NCBI RefSeq assembly: GCF_009914755.1
Contig: NC_060937.1
DNA length: 64,000 bases
Direction: 5' to 3' (one strand)
Source: the human T2T-CHM13v2.0 reference genome, Homo sapiens
The notes below the pieces were generated by a model that had not been told where the DNA came from, ran no database searches, and saw only the letters and a list, made by a program, of their open reading frames with translations. Shown here piece by piece: positions 1 to 13,950 of the stretch. Every line of letters starts with the position of its first letter. Position 1 is the stretch's first letter. Made by a program: the position numbers and the translations under genes.

Positions 1-327
1 TACATTTTGAGCACTTCCTGGTTGAGCCACCAATTTCATGAGATACAATATCTTCCCTGTGGTGTGATCCCTTTGGATATTTCTTTACACTCTGTTGTAG
101 ATTTTACGGAAAAAACTTCGTAAGTTTCAATTTTAACTAGATGGAGGGGAGGACAGTAGTGATTCAAAGAAGCTAGAAGTTGTTTTAAAAGCAACTGACT
201 CTCTCAACATCAGAGTTTGGTTCTGATCAATGATATTTCTAGCATTTTTTGCCACCAACTTACAGAAAAAGATGTATTTTACATCGCAACCCAGAATGTG
301 TGCGTAGGTGTGTTTATGTGTAGTCAT

Positions 328-470
328 GAATTCATTTATTCAAGGAACATTCACTGAGCACTCACTATGATTCGTACTGTGATACTATAAGCACTTATGT
401 TCTAGTCAGGGGAGATAAACAATAAACAAGGGAAGCGTATCAGGAGATGATAAGTGATCTTAAGGTAAAT
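328..470 (-). mobile_element. L2 LINE 3' end remnant
   Basis: ttcatttattcaaggaacattcactgagcactcactatg resembles the reverse-complemented L2 terminus (ttcattcattcaacaaatatttattgagcacctactatg); highly diverged. Confidence 0.55.
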
Positions 471-480
471 CATGTTGGAG

Positions 481-635
481 GATATACATATATACACACA
501 TACATGCATATACATATATACACATGCATATATTATACACCTATATGTTTATATGTACATGTGTACTTATATATGATTATATAATATACATATCCATTAC
601 ACTTATATTTTATATACATATGTACCTACTTACAT
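481..635. repeat. (TA/CA)n low-complexity tract
   Basis: degenerate tatacatatatacac run. Confidence 0.8.
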
Positions 636-2141
636 AAGTAATTGAAAATAGCTTCATAAAATAATACTTACCTTGGCTATGGATAATGCACTGTGATTTT
701 TTTTTCTTCTGTTTTCTATTTCATTTAAAAAATGCTGATTGCAACTGACTGGATTGATTTTATGACACACCAATTCACTGAGACTTATGATTGGGAAAAC
801 ACTCATTTAGTAAGTATAAAATGTATCACCACAGGTAGTCAATACCTTTACAACTGGGCAGATAAGAGATATCAGAAATTTATGACGATTCCCATACAAT
901 TAACACTACACAACTATTGCACAAAAGTCCATATTTTATCAAACATCTCATTTTGAGTCAGACTAACTTAATTTTGTAATCTTCATCATGTTTTCCTGTT
1001 TAAAAGAGTCTAAAATCTCACCACTTGCAAACGAAGTGAACATTTTTATTAGTACAATTATGTAAGAAATTACTCACTCGAGTACTATATAAACTTTGGA
1101 AAATCTTTCCATAGGGTAAAATTCTGGCTTAACTTTTGAAATTAAGGCAATGGTAAAATTTAGACAATGATATTGACTTCTTATTGGAGATTGTGGCATG
1201 TGAGGTAGTTACAACTTTGACAACTGAATTATATCTCCACTGTAGCATATTAAGGTTAGGTTAAATCTAATTAACTATAATACCTATCATTGAAAAATTT
1301 CAGAGTACATATCACCTAAAGATTAATAAAAGAAGAAGTATATATATGTATTTTCATATTTTCCATATTGTAGTACAGATGTATTTTATTTTTAAAAGCA
1401 CTCAGTACAGAGCCATAAATTATTTTAGCATTTTAGGGGACATTTTTAAATGTTTTTAAAATTCTAAAGCTTTGTTCATTTTATTAGCAAAATGTAGTCT
1501 CATCCCAGTTTTGATAAACCTGGATAGATCCATGTTGATATTAAAATGAAAGCCACAGTCTAATCAATAAAGTGATTCATCAGTTGTGTAGAACAAAGTA
1601 GTACTTTTGCTTTAAGAGGCTTTTTGTTGTTGTTTATCTCCTTTAGCGGATATTTTCAGATAATACATAACTTTGCTTTTATGTTTATTCTAAGAATAAT
1701 AAGTCATCATGCCACATTTGTGGGTGCTTTTAATTTTAATAATAAAGTAATTATGCAAAGCTAACTATGTAAACATTAATTTCTGACATGATTGTTTAGA
1801 TCTATTCTTTATGAGGTTACATAGGGCAAATTTAATTATTGATAAACCAGGTAGCTAATAAAATTAAACTCACAGTCATTGTCTTTAAAGGTGACACATC
1901 ATTGCCAGAGTAGCTACAAACATAATATTTCAAAATTTAACATAAGTAATATCCAAAACTGCTTAGTAAGGATACTAAATAACTGAATTTGTCATGTTTC
2001 CAACCACGTTTATTGTAATTACATGCAAAATATATAATACCTCCCAAAAAATAAATGATGATGGTTTACGGCGTAAAGTGAATTGTGTTGCTATAGTTTC
2101 CTTATTATAGAATAAAATAGGTTATAAAATACTTCATGTTA

Positions 2142-2532
<391 letters not shown>

Positions 2533-3436
2533 TCAGAGGTTAAAATAGAGGGTTACAAATATTCAAGTCTCTCTTCTCCAAATAGGGAGTAAATTAGGAA
2601 GTGCAAAACTGCAATGAATATATAGGTAATGAAGAAACATGGAAAGAAAAAATAATTTCAGATGAAAGTCTATTCATTTTTAAGATGATAATCAGGAGAT
2701 TAAAGAATATTTTTCCATCATTCTTTCTCTTACATACTTAGCAAAGGTATTCGTATGTGTGTCAATTGTTGAACTTGGTTGTTTATACATTTAACAGCTT
2801 ATTTTTAGGTGGGAGTATTTGAGGTAAAGACAAGATAAATGAGGGAAACTGCTCCTAGATACCAGGGTCTGTACAGACCTTTAAATGACTGTTATGCTGG
2901 AATTCATTGCCAATGTTTTGCCTTCTAAGTGTAACCTAACAGTTGTGAAGAGTAGAATCCTGTTCACTTTAACTCTCACTTGCTATGTGACGTATGTGTT
3001 CTTATAATGGCTTTCAAAGGAGCTGCCAGTGATATGTAGAAAGAGTGGGCAAGAACAGAGGTGTACGAAAATTAAGGCTGAAAGTTGCATTGGCCCCCTC
3101 TTTACTATCTCTTCCTTTACAACCAATGCCACTAGTCTCTGGCTCAAGCACTGCAAACATTGCATAAAGAAATGAGTAAAACAGCAACAATAATAATCAG
3201 ATTTTGTAATAAATTCTTAATTTATACCTGAAACTTGGCTAAGTGATTGCTGTGGATTATTAGGACTAAAGGTGGTGGGGAGTCTGGGCTCTGAGTATTG
3301 GACGTAGGTAGCTGAGAGTCAACAAAGTCTGAATAGTGAAAATATTTCTCTCACACAGTGACATTCATTTTAAGACTATATGCATTTAGTCACATTAACC
3401 ATCTCTTTCAATCATTCTCTGTGACAGACAAGCAAA

Positions 3437-3453
3437 CACACACACACACACAC

Positions 3454-3489
<36 letters not shown>
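3437..3489. repeat. (CA)9 AAA (CA)16 microsatellite
   Basis: read directly. Confidence 0.95.
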
Positions 3490-3490
<1 letters not shown>

Positions 3491-4284
3491 TCAGAAGTGT
3501 GGAGGTTCCATTGATGTCACTTGTTTGTCCAGTCCTTGGTCAGTGAATCTCTAGAAAGGCCACAGTCTTTTCATGTTCATGGCTTTGTCATTGCTCTCCA
3601 TTGAGTCCACTGGATGAACTTGCTTCTTGCTCCATCTCAGAGTCCATAAGAATATGTCTTTGCAGAGGACATTTAGGGGAGGGAATGTGTTACCAATTCA
3701 TTTCCAGGCCTCAGATCTCAACTAAGGTGTTTTCAAGTCCCACAACCCTGGATGTCACTTCGTAGAGGGCCAGTCCTCCCTAAAATGTGGGCTTTGTTCC
3801 TTAGTCTACAGTAGGATGCAGAAATGATGTTTCTTTTCATGGTGGCCCATAAAATTTAGAAATTGCCTGGATTCCAGTCAATTTAGAACAATTGGTGGGC
3901 AATTGACTAGGTCACACATCAATCTGATTTGGCAGTTACTGTGGCCAAAAACCTCAAATGCTGTAAAGCTGTCAGTCTCACTGTACATTTATGTTCAAGG
4001 AGGAATAGACTTTATTTTCTCCTCAAATATGTTTTGATTAGACAGCAAATTATCGGAAACCATGTCAGAAGCTCACTATTCTCTACTACCATGTTAACAT
4101 AAATGTTATTTTTCTAGATACAGTGAATCACTGTGTATTACTCCTCAAAAAAAATTTTTAAACTAAATGACAATACGCTAGGCCATAAAATGTAGTATTA
4201 TACCATCAGAGAAGACTTTCTGTTATATCTGTATACATTTTGATGTATGTATCCCAAAAGAATTCAGGTAAAGTTAATATGGTC

Positions 4285-4503
4285 AATGTCGTTGAATGGT
4301 TAAGAACATGGGTTTACAGATGTCTAGGTGCAGACTCCTCTACCACATGGAAGGGCAAATTACTTTACTTCTATGTATCTCTGTTTTCTCATCTGCAAAT
4401 CAGGTGTAGTAATAGTAACTAGCTCCTTGGGTGGCGGTGACGATTAAATGAAGTGAAGAAACCATGGCTGGTACATAGTAAGCATGAGCTCAGTCAATGT
4501 GAG
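4285..4503 (+). mobile_element. MIR SINE
   Basis: core tctctgttttctcatctgcaaat...aatagtaact...gattaaatga and 3' part ggctggtacatagtaagc. Confidence 0.75.
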
Positions 4504-7269
4504 ATGTGGTTTTTGTTAATATGAAATAGCTATAGCCAAAGTCCCCAAATAGTAACTAAAACAGTATAGTATTATCAATCCCCCTATATTTTTTTCAAAT
4601 TATATAATTGTTTGATATTTATCTTTTATTTATTTACCCAAAAGGAAAGGGTGCTATAGAAGATCTCTTAGTAAAATACTGAAAAGTAAAGAAAAATACA
4701 CCATTCAAGCATAACACGTTTTGTTTAGAAAGTTAAAATATTTAGCAAAGACAGAATATGTTCCTAAATGGAGTGAGGAATCTTGTCCTATTTGTTTTAT
4801 TTTTTATCTTGCTCATTGCTTTTTTTTTCCTCTGAGTATACTTGGGTTGATGATCTGCTTTCTATTTATATCATTACTTACTATGTACAATTTAATGTAT
4901 TAGCCATCATGATATCATGGGTATGAATAAGGTCCTGGATTCCTCACACATTTCCAAGTGCAGACTCCAGCTGAAACAGAACAAAGATTCAGATGTTTAA
5001 TAATATTGTACAATTTTTGTTTTCTTTAAATTTTTTCTCAAAAGTTTACTTTCTAAGAAATCAGTGTAGACCAATAAAAGTTTCCTGTGGTGGAATTTGG
5101 TTGGTATACTTCCTAGAATTTAACCCTAACCAGGTTTTCTTTCAAAACTACTGAGAATCATTTTATTTACAAATAACAATTATATGAATTATCAAAGAAT
5201 TTTAAAATTAACATAACTTTGTCCAAAGTCAGTGTCTCTTCCTGTTATAAAATTACTTGATCCTATTAAGAAATTCTGAATTGCAACATCTGTTTGTTTT
5301 TGTTTATCCCTTTTGTCGAGAGGATTCATGCCATGATTTTCTTATTACATTTTTAATAGATATTCAGTGAAAAAGGTAACTGATGCCAGGCAGTTTATGT
5401 ATCAACCACATCTATCATGCCTTTTCCTCCTTTGTCCTACCTATTCAGTTGTTAATGGGCTATTTGGGCAGCAGCCACACAAACGCTTTCACATAGATCA
5501 CGCATCAACATAGTTATCCTGGAAAAGAAAACACCTGAACTATTTATTCACATGGCATTTTCCTTGAAATTTCTAGAACAACTTTTTGTGAATAAGGACC
5601 TCAATCTACCCATTTACAAGATGTGTTGTATGAGCTGTAAATGTTACTGGGGTGTTGTGAGTACAGACTTGGCCTTGGTTCCACAGTGTCCCCTCACTTT
5701 CTCTCTAAGCTTTTTCATTTATCAATTCCAATCGCCAAACTCAGATACTAAAAATTCTAAAACTCTCTGAAAATACTTAATATGTCTGTTGCAATGACTA
5801 CATGAGCTAACATGGATAATGTGTAGTGCCTGGCACATACTGCTCACTCAGTAGTAACTAAACTAAAACAAGAATTACAAATTGGGAGGCAGTGAAATCC
5901 TGATTTCTTCATTTGTATACCTAAGTATTTGAAGAAGGATTCTCTCAATGTAAATATGTACTTGTACGTATTTAAGAATACATATGTGTTTTAATTGCTT
6001 TTCTTTACCTAAACAATTTGTCTCTTTAGTCTGTCCTACTTTCACTGTTTGGGGAAATAGGTAAGAATTTGTATTAAAATCCCTCTCAGAAAGGCTATTC
6101 TATTCTCATTTTTCCTTTTAAAGAACAAATACAGCTAACTAGCACATTCAAAATAAAAAATTGAATTGTTATGTAATTCAGAATATAAATAGGAAGACTA
6201 TAATGAAATTTTGGGGAACAGAGGATGTACGAATACTTTAATGGAAATTTATTGGAGATGAGAAATTATGAAATTCACAGTCTTTACCATTCAAAGGGAA
6301 GTTGTTCATCTCTTACAATATGTGCGATTAGATCATTGATACCAGTTTGTTTTTTCAACAGAAACAATCACCTTAAAACTTTACATTCGGGGTAAAACAC
6401 ATCTGGTAGAAAAATCAACTTAGTTTCATTGTTTAGGGTTCCAATTAGATGATTAAATACTTTCTCTGGATTTGCAAGAGTCAAAGAAACAGGTTACACA
6501 GAGGGTAAGAAAAACTCCTTCCTGTTAATAACACAATGTTAGAAGGTCCCTTACAATGTAACTAAAAAATGCTCAGGCAAGAACCATCCTAAATAATATA
6601 TCAGTCATTTCTTGAAGTAGCAAGTGTTGCCTTAAAATAATGTTTTATGAATACCCATAGATTAAAGAAACACAAACAATTCCCACAACCAATCTGTGAA
6701 CACATTTATGAGGTATGTAGAGCTAGTTATGAACATTCAACACCATTGACGTGCTCCTTTTTTTTGAATTATAAGTAATGATTAACTTTACTAAAATGCC
6801 TATGATATCCTCTAGTGTGTGATCACTTAACCAAAAGGAAATAACACATCATTGTCAGGTTTCATACTTTACAGTTTGTTTTTTCTCCTAAGATGGATTG
6901 AATGTTTTAACCTCCTTTAAACTACATTACCTTTAAAAACATTGTAATAATCTTAGGTTCAGAACTGGAACTGTTTGAAAGGCATGCCAGAATTAAAGTT
7001 ATATTTAGGCCACACCAGAAGAGCACAGAGGTTACTGGAGTAATATTGAGGATGATGATAGGAAGACAAAGAGGAGAAAAAATCCTGTTGAAGATCTTAG
7101 TGATACAACTTCCCCATTGCTAATGATTTGCCAAATAATTGCTATTCAATTGTTACTTAAAGGAAATTTATAATTAGAAGGAATATTAGATATATAGCCC
7201 AGGAGTTTTCCAGTTTCTTTATTTAGTTGTGTAAATCTAGAATTAACTCTTTAAACTCTGTAATGGAGC

Positions 7270-7360
7270 CTTTGTCTGCCTCATTCATCTCTCTATTTCT
7301 GGCAGCTAGAAAAGCTCTTAGTACAATGACTGCTCAACAAATACGTGTTGAAAGCAATGA
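7270..7360 (+). mobile_element. L2 3' end fragment
   Basis: ends tgctcaacaaatacgtgttgaaagcaatgaa, similar to the L2 terminus. Confidence 0.5.
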
Positions 7361-8119
7361 AGAGAGAGATATAACTTAAATAGATAAAGCAACATTTTTC
7401 TGATCAGAGCAGGTTGAGCAGACCCATCTGCATGGTAGCTCAGAAGCTTTCTGAGGATGTTAAGAAGCCCCCTCGGACACACATACATGAAACTCTGTGC
7501 TCTGCAATTTGAAAATCACTGGGTTTAATTCTCTCATTTTATGTATAAGAAAATAAAGCTGTCTTCTGGAATCCCAAGTTTCAATATATATTTTTGTAGC
7601 TAGGTACTATGTATTTATGGGAGTTGGAAAATAACATTCTATGATAAGCTTATGGGCCATTTTGTTTTCAGAGAAATTATTTCAGGAAGACAAATCATAA
7701 GAGAATACTCTATAACCTATTTGCTCTGAATCTAAATGGTTATAACACATGCCTTAATAATTTATACTTCTAACAAAAATATGTAATATTCTTTCAAAAG
7801 TCAGGTGTGTTATTCCTTACATATACTAAAAACAAATCATGATTACTGTAATTAAATGTAGGAAATAGCTTGCTGCCCATCCATTATTAAAAGGAGATTT
7901 GTATTTCCCATAAAAAATTTAATCTGGCTCTGGTTCTCTAGGGAAAAAATAATGTAGAGAATATACATGGACATACATACAGGACTGTACAAAATGTAAA
8001 AGCAAACATTTACCTTTCCTCCATGTATTAGAAAGCTGGCTAATGTTTGTAAATTACCTAATTTGATTGACTTCCATAGTCACCAAATTTTCTTCACCAA
8101 TATTTATTAAGCATGGATC

Positions 8120-8229
8120 AAATATTTTATATATAAGTACACATATGTATATTTATGTATGTATGTGTTTATGTGTATAAACAAAAATATATACATGTGC
8201 AAGTATATATACATATATGTGTATATATC
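8120..8229. repeat. (TA/TG)n low-complexity tract
   Basis: read directly. Confidence 0.75.
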
Positions 8230-8745
8230 CTAGTAAGAGAAAATGATAGGTTAGTAAATTGATCATTAAAAATCATATAAATCAGCAACTGTACACCTAC
8301 TTCTGCCCTAGTATGAATTTTTCAATGAAATCAGTGAGCCTCACATACTCATCTCAATCAGAATCACCTCCACATTTGTACAGGGCTTAGGAAAGTGGAG
8401 CAAAAGTGCTTTGATAAAATGTGCAATTAGGGAGGCAAAGATCAAGGCTTTAAAGAGAGGGCTTAGCAAAACAGATGTCCAAGGAGCCTCAGTAAACTCA
8501 ATGTCTCTAATTACACTTTGGATGGAAGAAGGTTGAAAATTCATGCCTGGCAGAACTCTCGAAGTCTGTATTAATCTTAAAATAACTTGACAAATTTATC
8601 ATGCTTCAAATATTTTAATTAACTCTACTAGGATTTATTGAAAATGTATCAATATTAATTCCATGAACTGGAAAACATCAGCATATGTTTAAAAATTAAG
8701 GTATACAAGGATTTATATGTTTCAGTAGCAACAAACCATTAATTA

Positions 8746-9062
8746 TAGACATGCATTGCTTAATGATGGGGATACCTTTTGAGAAATGTCACCTCAGGTG
8801 ATTTTGTCTTGTGTGAACATCGTTGAGTATACATCTACAAACCTAAATGGTATAGCCTACTCCAAACCTAGGCTGTATGGTATGGCCTATTGCTCTTAGT
8901 CTACAAACTTGTACAGCATGTTACTGTACTGAATACTGTAGGCAACTGTAATACTGTGGTAAATATTTGTGTATCTAAAGATCTCTAAACATAGTCTCAT
9001 GGGAACACCATCATATATATGATCTGTCAATGACAGAAAAGTCATTATGTGGTACATGACTG
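8746..9062 (-). mobile_element. Tigger3a (MER7A)-like TcMar non-autonomous DNA transposon
   Basis: terminal inverted repeats tagacatgc.../...gtacatgactg flanked by TA on both sides; internal acaaacctaaatggtatagcctact and gtacagcatgttactgtactgaatactgtaggcaa are typical of Tigger3. Confidence 0.85.
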
Positions 9063-9367
9063 TATATCTGCACATCCTTTTTGAAAGAGATGTTTTGAAT
9101 AGTTGTTTGGGGTTTTTGTTTCAGGATAACATATACAACTTGTGCATAGGTAGATGAGTTCAGTGAAGACATCCTGTCTTCTAAGGATTTTCCTAAATGC
9201 ACCAAATTTATGAATAAGTCAGTCTACTTTATTTTTGTCTTTCATGTTTTGCTTCTCACATTGACTACATGGATTATTTTAAATAAAAGGGAACTGTTTC
9301 ACAGCTGTAAACCTGAATGCTCATAGTAGGTAATTTCAGAACTAAGGAAGTGTCTATGTTCTTTACA

Positions 9368-9663
9368 CTTTTTTGTTGTTGTTCTGTTTTTATCTAGAGA
9401 CAGGGTTTCCCTTTGTCACCCAGGATAGAGTTCAGTGGCGTGATCATAACTCACTGTAACCTTCAACTCTGGACTCAAATGATCCTCTTGCCTCAGCCAC
9501 TTGAGAAGCTAAGACTCCAGATGCACCCCATCATGCCTGGCTAGTTTTTAGAAATGTTTTGGAGAGATGGAGTCTCTTCATGTTGCCCAGGCTGGTCTAG
9601 AACACCTGTGTTCCACCCTCCTCAAACTCCCAAAGTGCTTGGATTATAGGCATGAGCCCGGCC
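9368..9663 (-). mobile_element. AluJ
   Basis: diverged dimer with J-type gatcataactcactgtaaccttcaactc...ctcaaatgatcctc. Confidence 0.9.
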
Positions 9664-10964
9664 TAAATGTTTTTATAAAAATATATCTTACAATTTTGTA
9701 TTATTTGTGTTTTTTGCTTATATATACAGCCAGTGTTTTGGTGTATGAGTGTATTATTAGAATGTACTTCCTATTTTTTTTGTTTTCATAGTATAGCAGA
9801 GTACTGGTCTCTTTTGATATAAGGCATGAAAATGGCAGTTTTATATAATTGCTCAATTATATATTAAATACATTCTAAATATTTTCACTATGTCTGTGAT
9901 ACAGATCAGATGTTAAATTTATTTCTACATAAGGATGAGTTTCACACTTAAAGATTTCCTAAACTGCTGACTTATCATGTAATTCTGAAGGACTTTATGC
10001 CTTTTCTAAAGCATGTACTTTGACGTAGAATCTCATACATAGCCAGACTTTATATTGTTTTTGGATTTTCACAAATCGTTTAGTAAGATGTTCTCTGCCA
10101 AAATATATTGCATTCATAATCTTAAATCCATGAGGTACACTTTATTCAACAGAATAAAAACCAACTATTTTGTCACCATTGAGTCAGTGTAACTGATTAA
10201 CACATTGTTCTCATTGAAACATATGGCTAGCTCATAATTAACTGAAAATAATTCAGTGGCCTTGTCTGGCTTTAAATCAAGTAATGTTCTACTTGAGGCA
10301 GCCATGGCTGACATAATTTACTATGTTAGTTATATTGTAGTTTAAATCATATCAGTTCATTTCCTCTCTGGTATTATTCTTTCCCATCAAGTTCTATTTC
10401 TTTAGCTATAGAATGCCTCTAAGCCACATCTGTGTTGGTCTAAGTCATGAGTAAACTTTTTAAATAAAGTGTGCAAAATGTGTTCTTATTTATACCGAAG
10501 ATGTTTTCAATTACCATTAAGTTCATTGTTGGTCTGATGTTAGCAGCTTAAATATTTGAAGCCGCTCTCTGGAAATCAGACACACATCCAAATTCTAAAA
10601 ATATGGTAGATTCTTCATTTTATTGTGGTTTTCTGAGCAACTGTTGATTGATTGCACAAAGCAGAATTCCCTTTGATGAACACAGGTTTAGTCAGAATGC
10701 TCTGTGTGGGTTAGTATCTGTTTCCCTTGAAATTAACCAGTCTCCCCATTCCCAACCTTTCTGCCACCTTAGACCTTTTCTTCATGTACCACCAACGAGG
10801 CCACATCCTTCACCTATTTAGATGAGTTAGTATTGTTTTTCATCTCATTGGGCTGCACTTTTTTGTGATATCTTTTCCCCCCAGTATAATCAATGAGTGT
10901 TTATTGAATAGCTAGTTTCTCTGTGCTTATTTCTTTAGGTTCTATTTGATGAACAGAAAATTTG

Positions 10965-11290
10965 TCCACTGTAACAGTTATGGTGGTGACGAATTGCAAT
11001 AAAGATTTATTTCTTGCTTATGCTACATGAACACTATGGGTGCAGGGGAAAGAGGGTGAGGTTGGTGCTCTACTCTCTATAATTACTCAAGAGCCAGGTT
11101 GCCAGAGCCCTCAAGGCTCATCTCAGAAAGGGAAAAGAGCAATGAAGAAGTTGCCTACCTGTTTCAATGTGGTGACCTGGCGGTGATCCATGGCACTTGT
11201 TGCAACCTGTTGGCCTTCACCTTACTTAAAGGGAGGCTGAGAGAAAGTGAGGGCATGTAGAATGTTTTCTGAACACCCTGTCTTTGCTGC
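10965..11290 (-). mobile_element. old MaLR LTR (MLT1L/M-like)
   Basis: aagatttatttcttgcttatgctacatg...gctctactc...gagccaggttg resembles the MLT1L/M reverse strand. Confidence 0.55.
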
Positions 11291-11368
11291 ATTCCTTGAG
11301 TAGTTTGTAATTTTATTCAAATAAGACCATAAAAATGGTATTATCCTTTATTAAATCTTGTGGTAGCC

Positions 11369-11538
11369 ATGTTTCTCAAACTTGGTTGATAATAACTTGG
11401 ATGTGTTCTCCAAAGTGAGACTCCCTGGCCATACCCCAAACTTACCAAATCAGAAGTTCCTGGGTGGAGGACGGGGAATCTGGATTACTAACAAGTTGCT
11501 TATATGATTAATATTACACTTCAACTTTGGAAAAAACA
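11369..11538. mobile_element. MER5B-like hAT-Charlie MITE
   Basis: catgtttctcaaactt...aatcagaa...ggaatctg...aacaag...tttggaaaaaac. Confidence 0.7.
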
Positions 11539-11654
11539 ATATAAGCATGTTCAAAAATATAGTAATAGAGTTAGGGAGAAGTAAATACTTTTATAACTAT
11601 GTCCGACCTTAGGATGGGAGATCTTGACAAACTCTGAAATGAAGCTACCCTCTT

Positions 11655-12049
11655 TCTTGAATTTGATGCAAATATGTGTACATATTTATAGGGAATATGT
11701 GGTATTTTGTTACGTACAAAGACTGTGTAATGGTCAAGTCAGGTTATTTCAAGTGTTCATCACCCTGAATATTTACCATTTCTCTGTGTTGGAAACATTT
11801 TCAGTCCTCTCTTCTGGCATTTTGAAATATGCAATACACTGTCATTTGTCACCCTATTCTGCTATCAAACCTTAGATCTTATTCCTTCTATCTAACTGTA
11901 TGTTTGTACCCATTAACCAACCTCTTTTTCCACCCCAGCTGCCACCCAGACACCCTTCCCAGCTTCTGGTATCCATCAGTCTATTCTCTTCCTCCAACTT
12001 TTTTAGTTCCCATATATGAGTGAGAACATGTGTCACTTGTCTTTCTGTC
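11655..12049 (-). mobile_element. 5'-truncated L1MA (L1MA2-4-like) 3' end
   Basis: L1MA 3' UTR (ttattccttctatctaactgtatgtttgtacccattaaccaacc); TSD aagctac(c/a)ctctt at 11642-11654 and 12050-12062. Confidence 0.85.
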
Positions 12050-12144
12050 AAGCTACACTCTTATATAAACCTCTTGCTGGTGTCACACAGTTGTACATAT
12101 TGCATCATAATACCATGCTCAAAAATATGTAAAATGATATAAGT

Positions 12145-12270
12145 TGCTAATGCTCATTGAGAACTCAACTATGTATTAGGCATTGTGCTAAGGACCTTAA
12201 TGTTTAACATCTCACAAAGTGGGTCCTCTGATGAGCATTGCATTTTAGATAAGGGAACTCAAGCTTTAGG
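12145..12270 (-). mobile_element. MIR fragment
   Basis: actatgtattaggcattgtgctaagg...cattttagataagggaactcaagct. Confidence 0.6.
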
Positions 12271-12525
12271 AAGCTTATGGATGAGTAGTATTCCATTGTG
12301 TATACATGCCACATTTTTTTCAAGGGAACAGAAAGGAAAAAATAATAAAACACCACGTGTGTAAGTGTTCCCTTTTCTCTGTAGGTTAAAGATACATGAA
12401 ACCAATTTCAGTCTCTCTCTCAAGCATATACACACCCACACAGACTTTTCCTCTTCTTAAATCAGAGACTGGAGGGCTACATTTTTCTTAATGATCTTCC
12501 TCTGCTAGCCCCAAGGACTAAGGCT

Positions 12526-13950
<1,425 letters not shown>

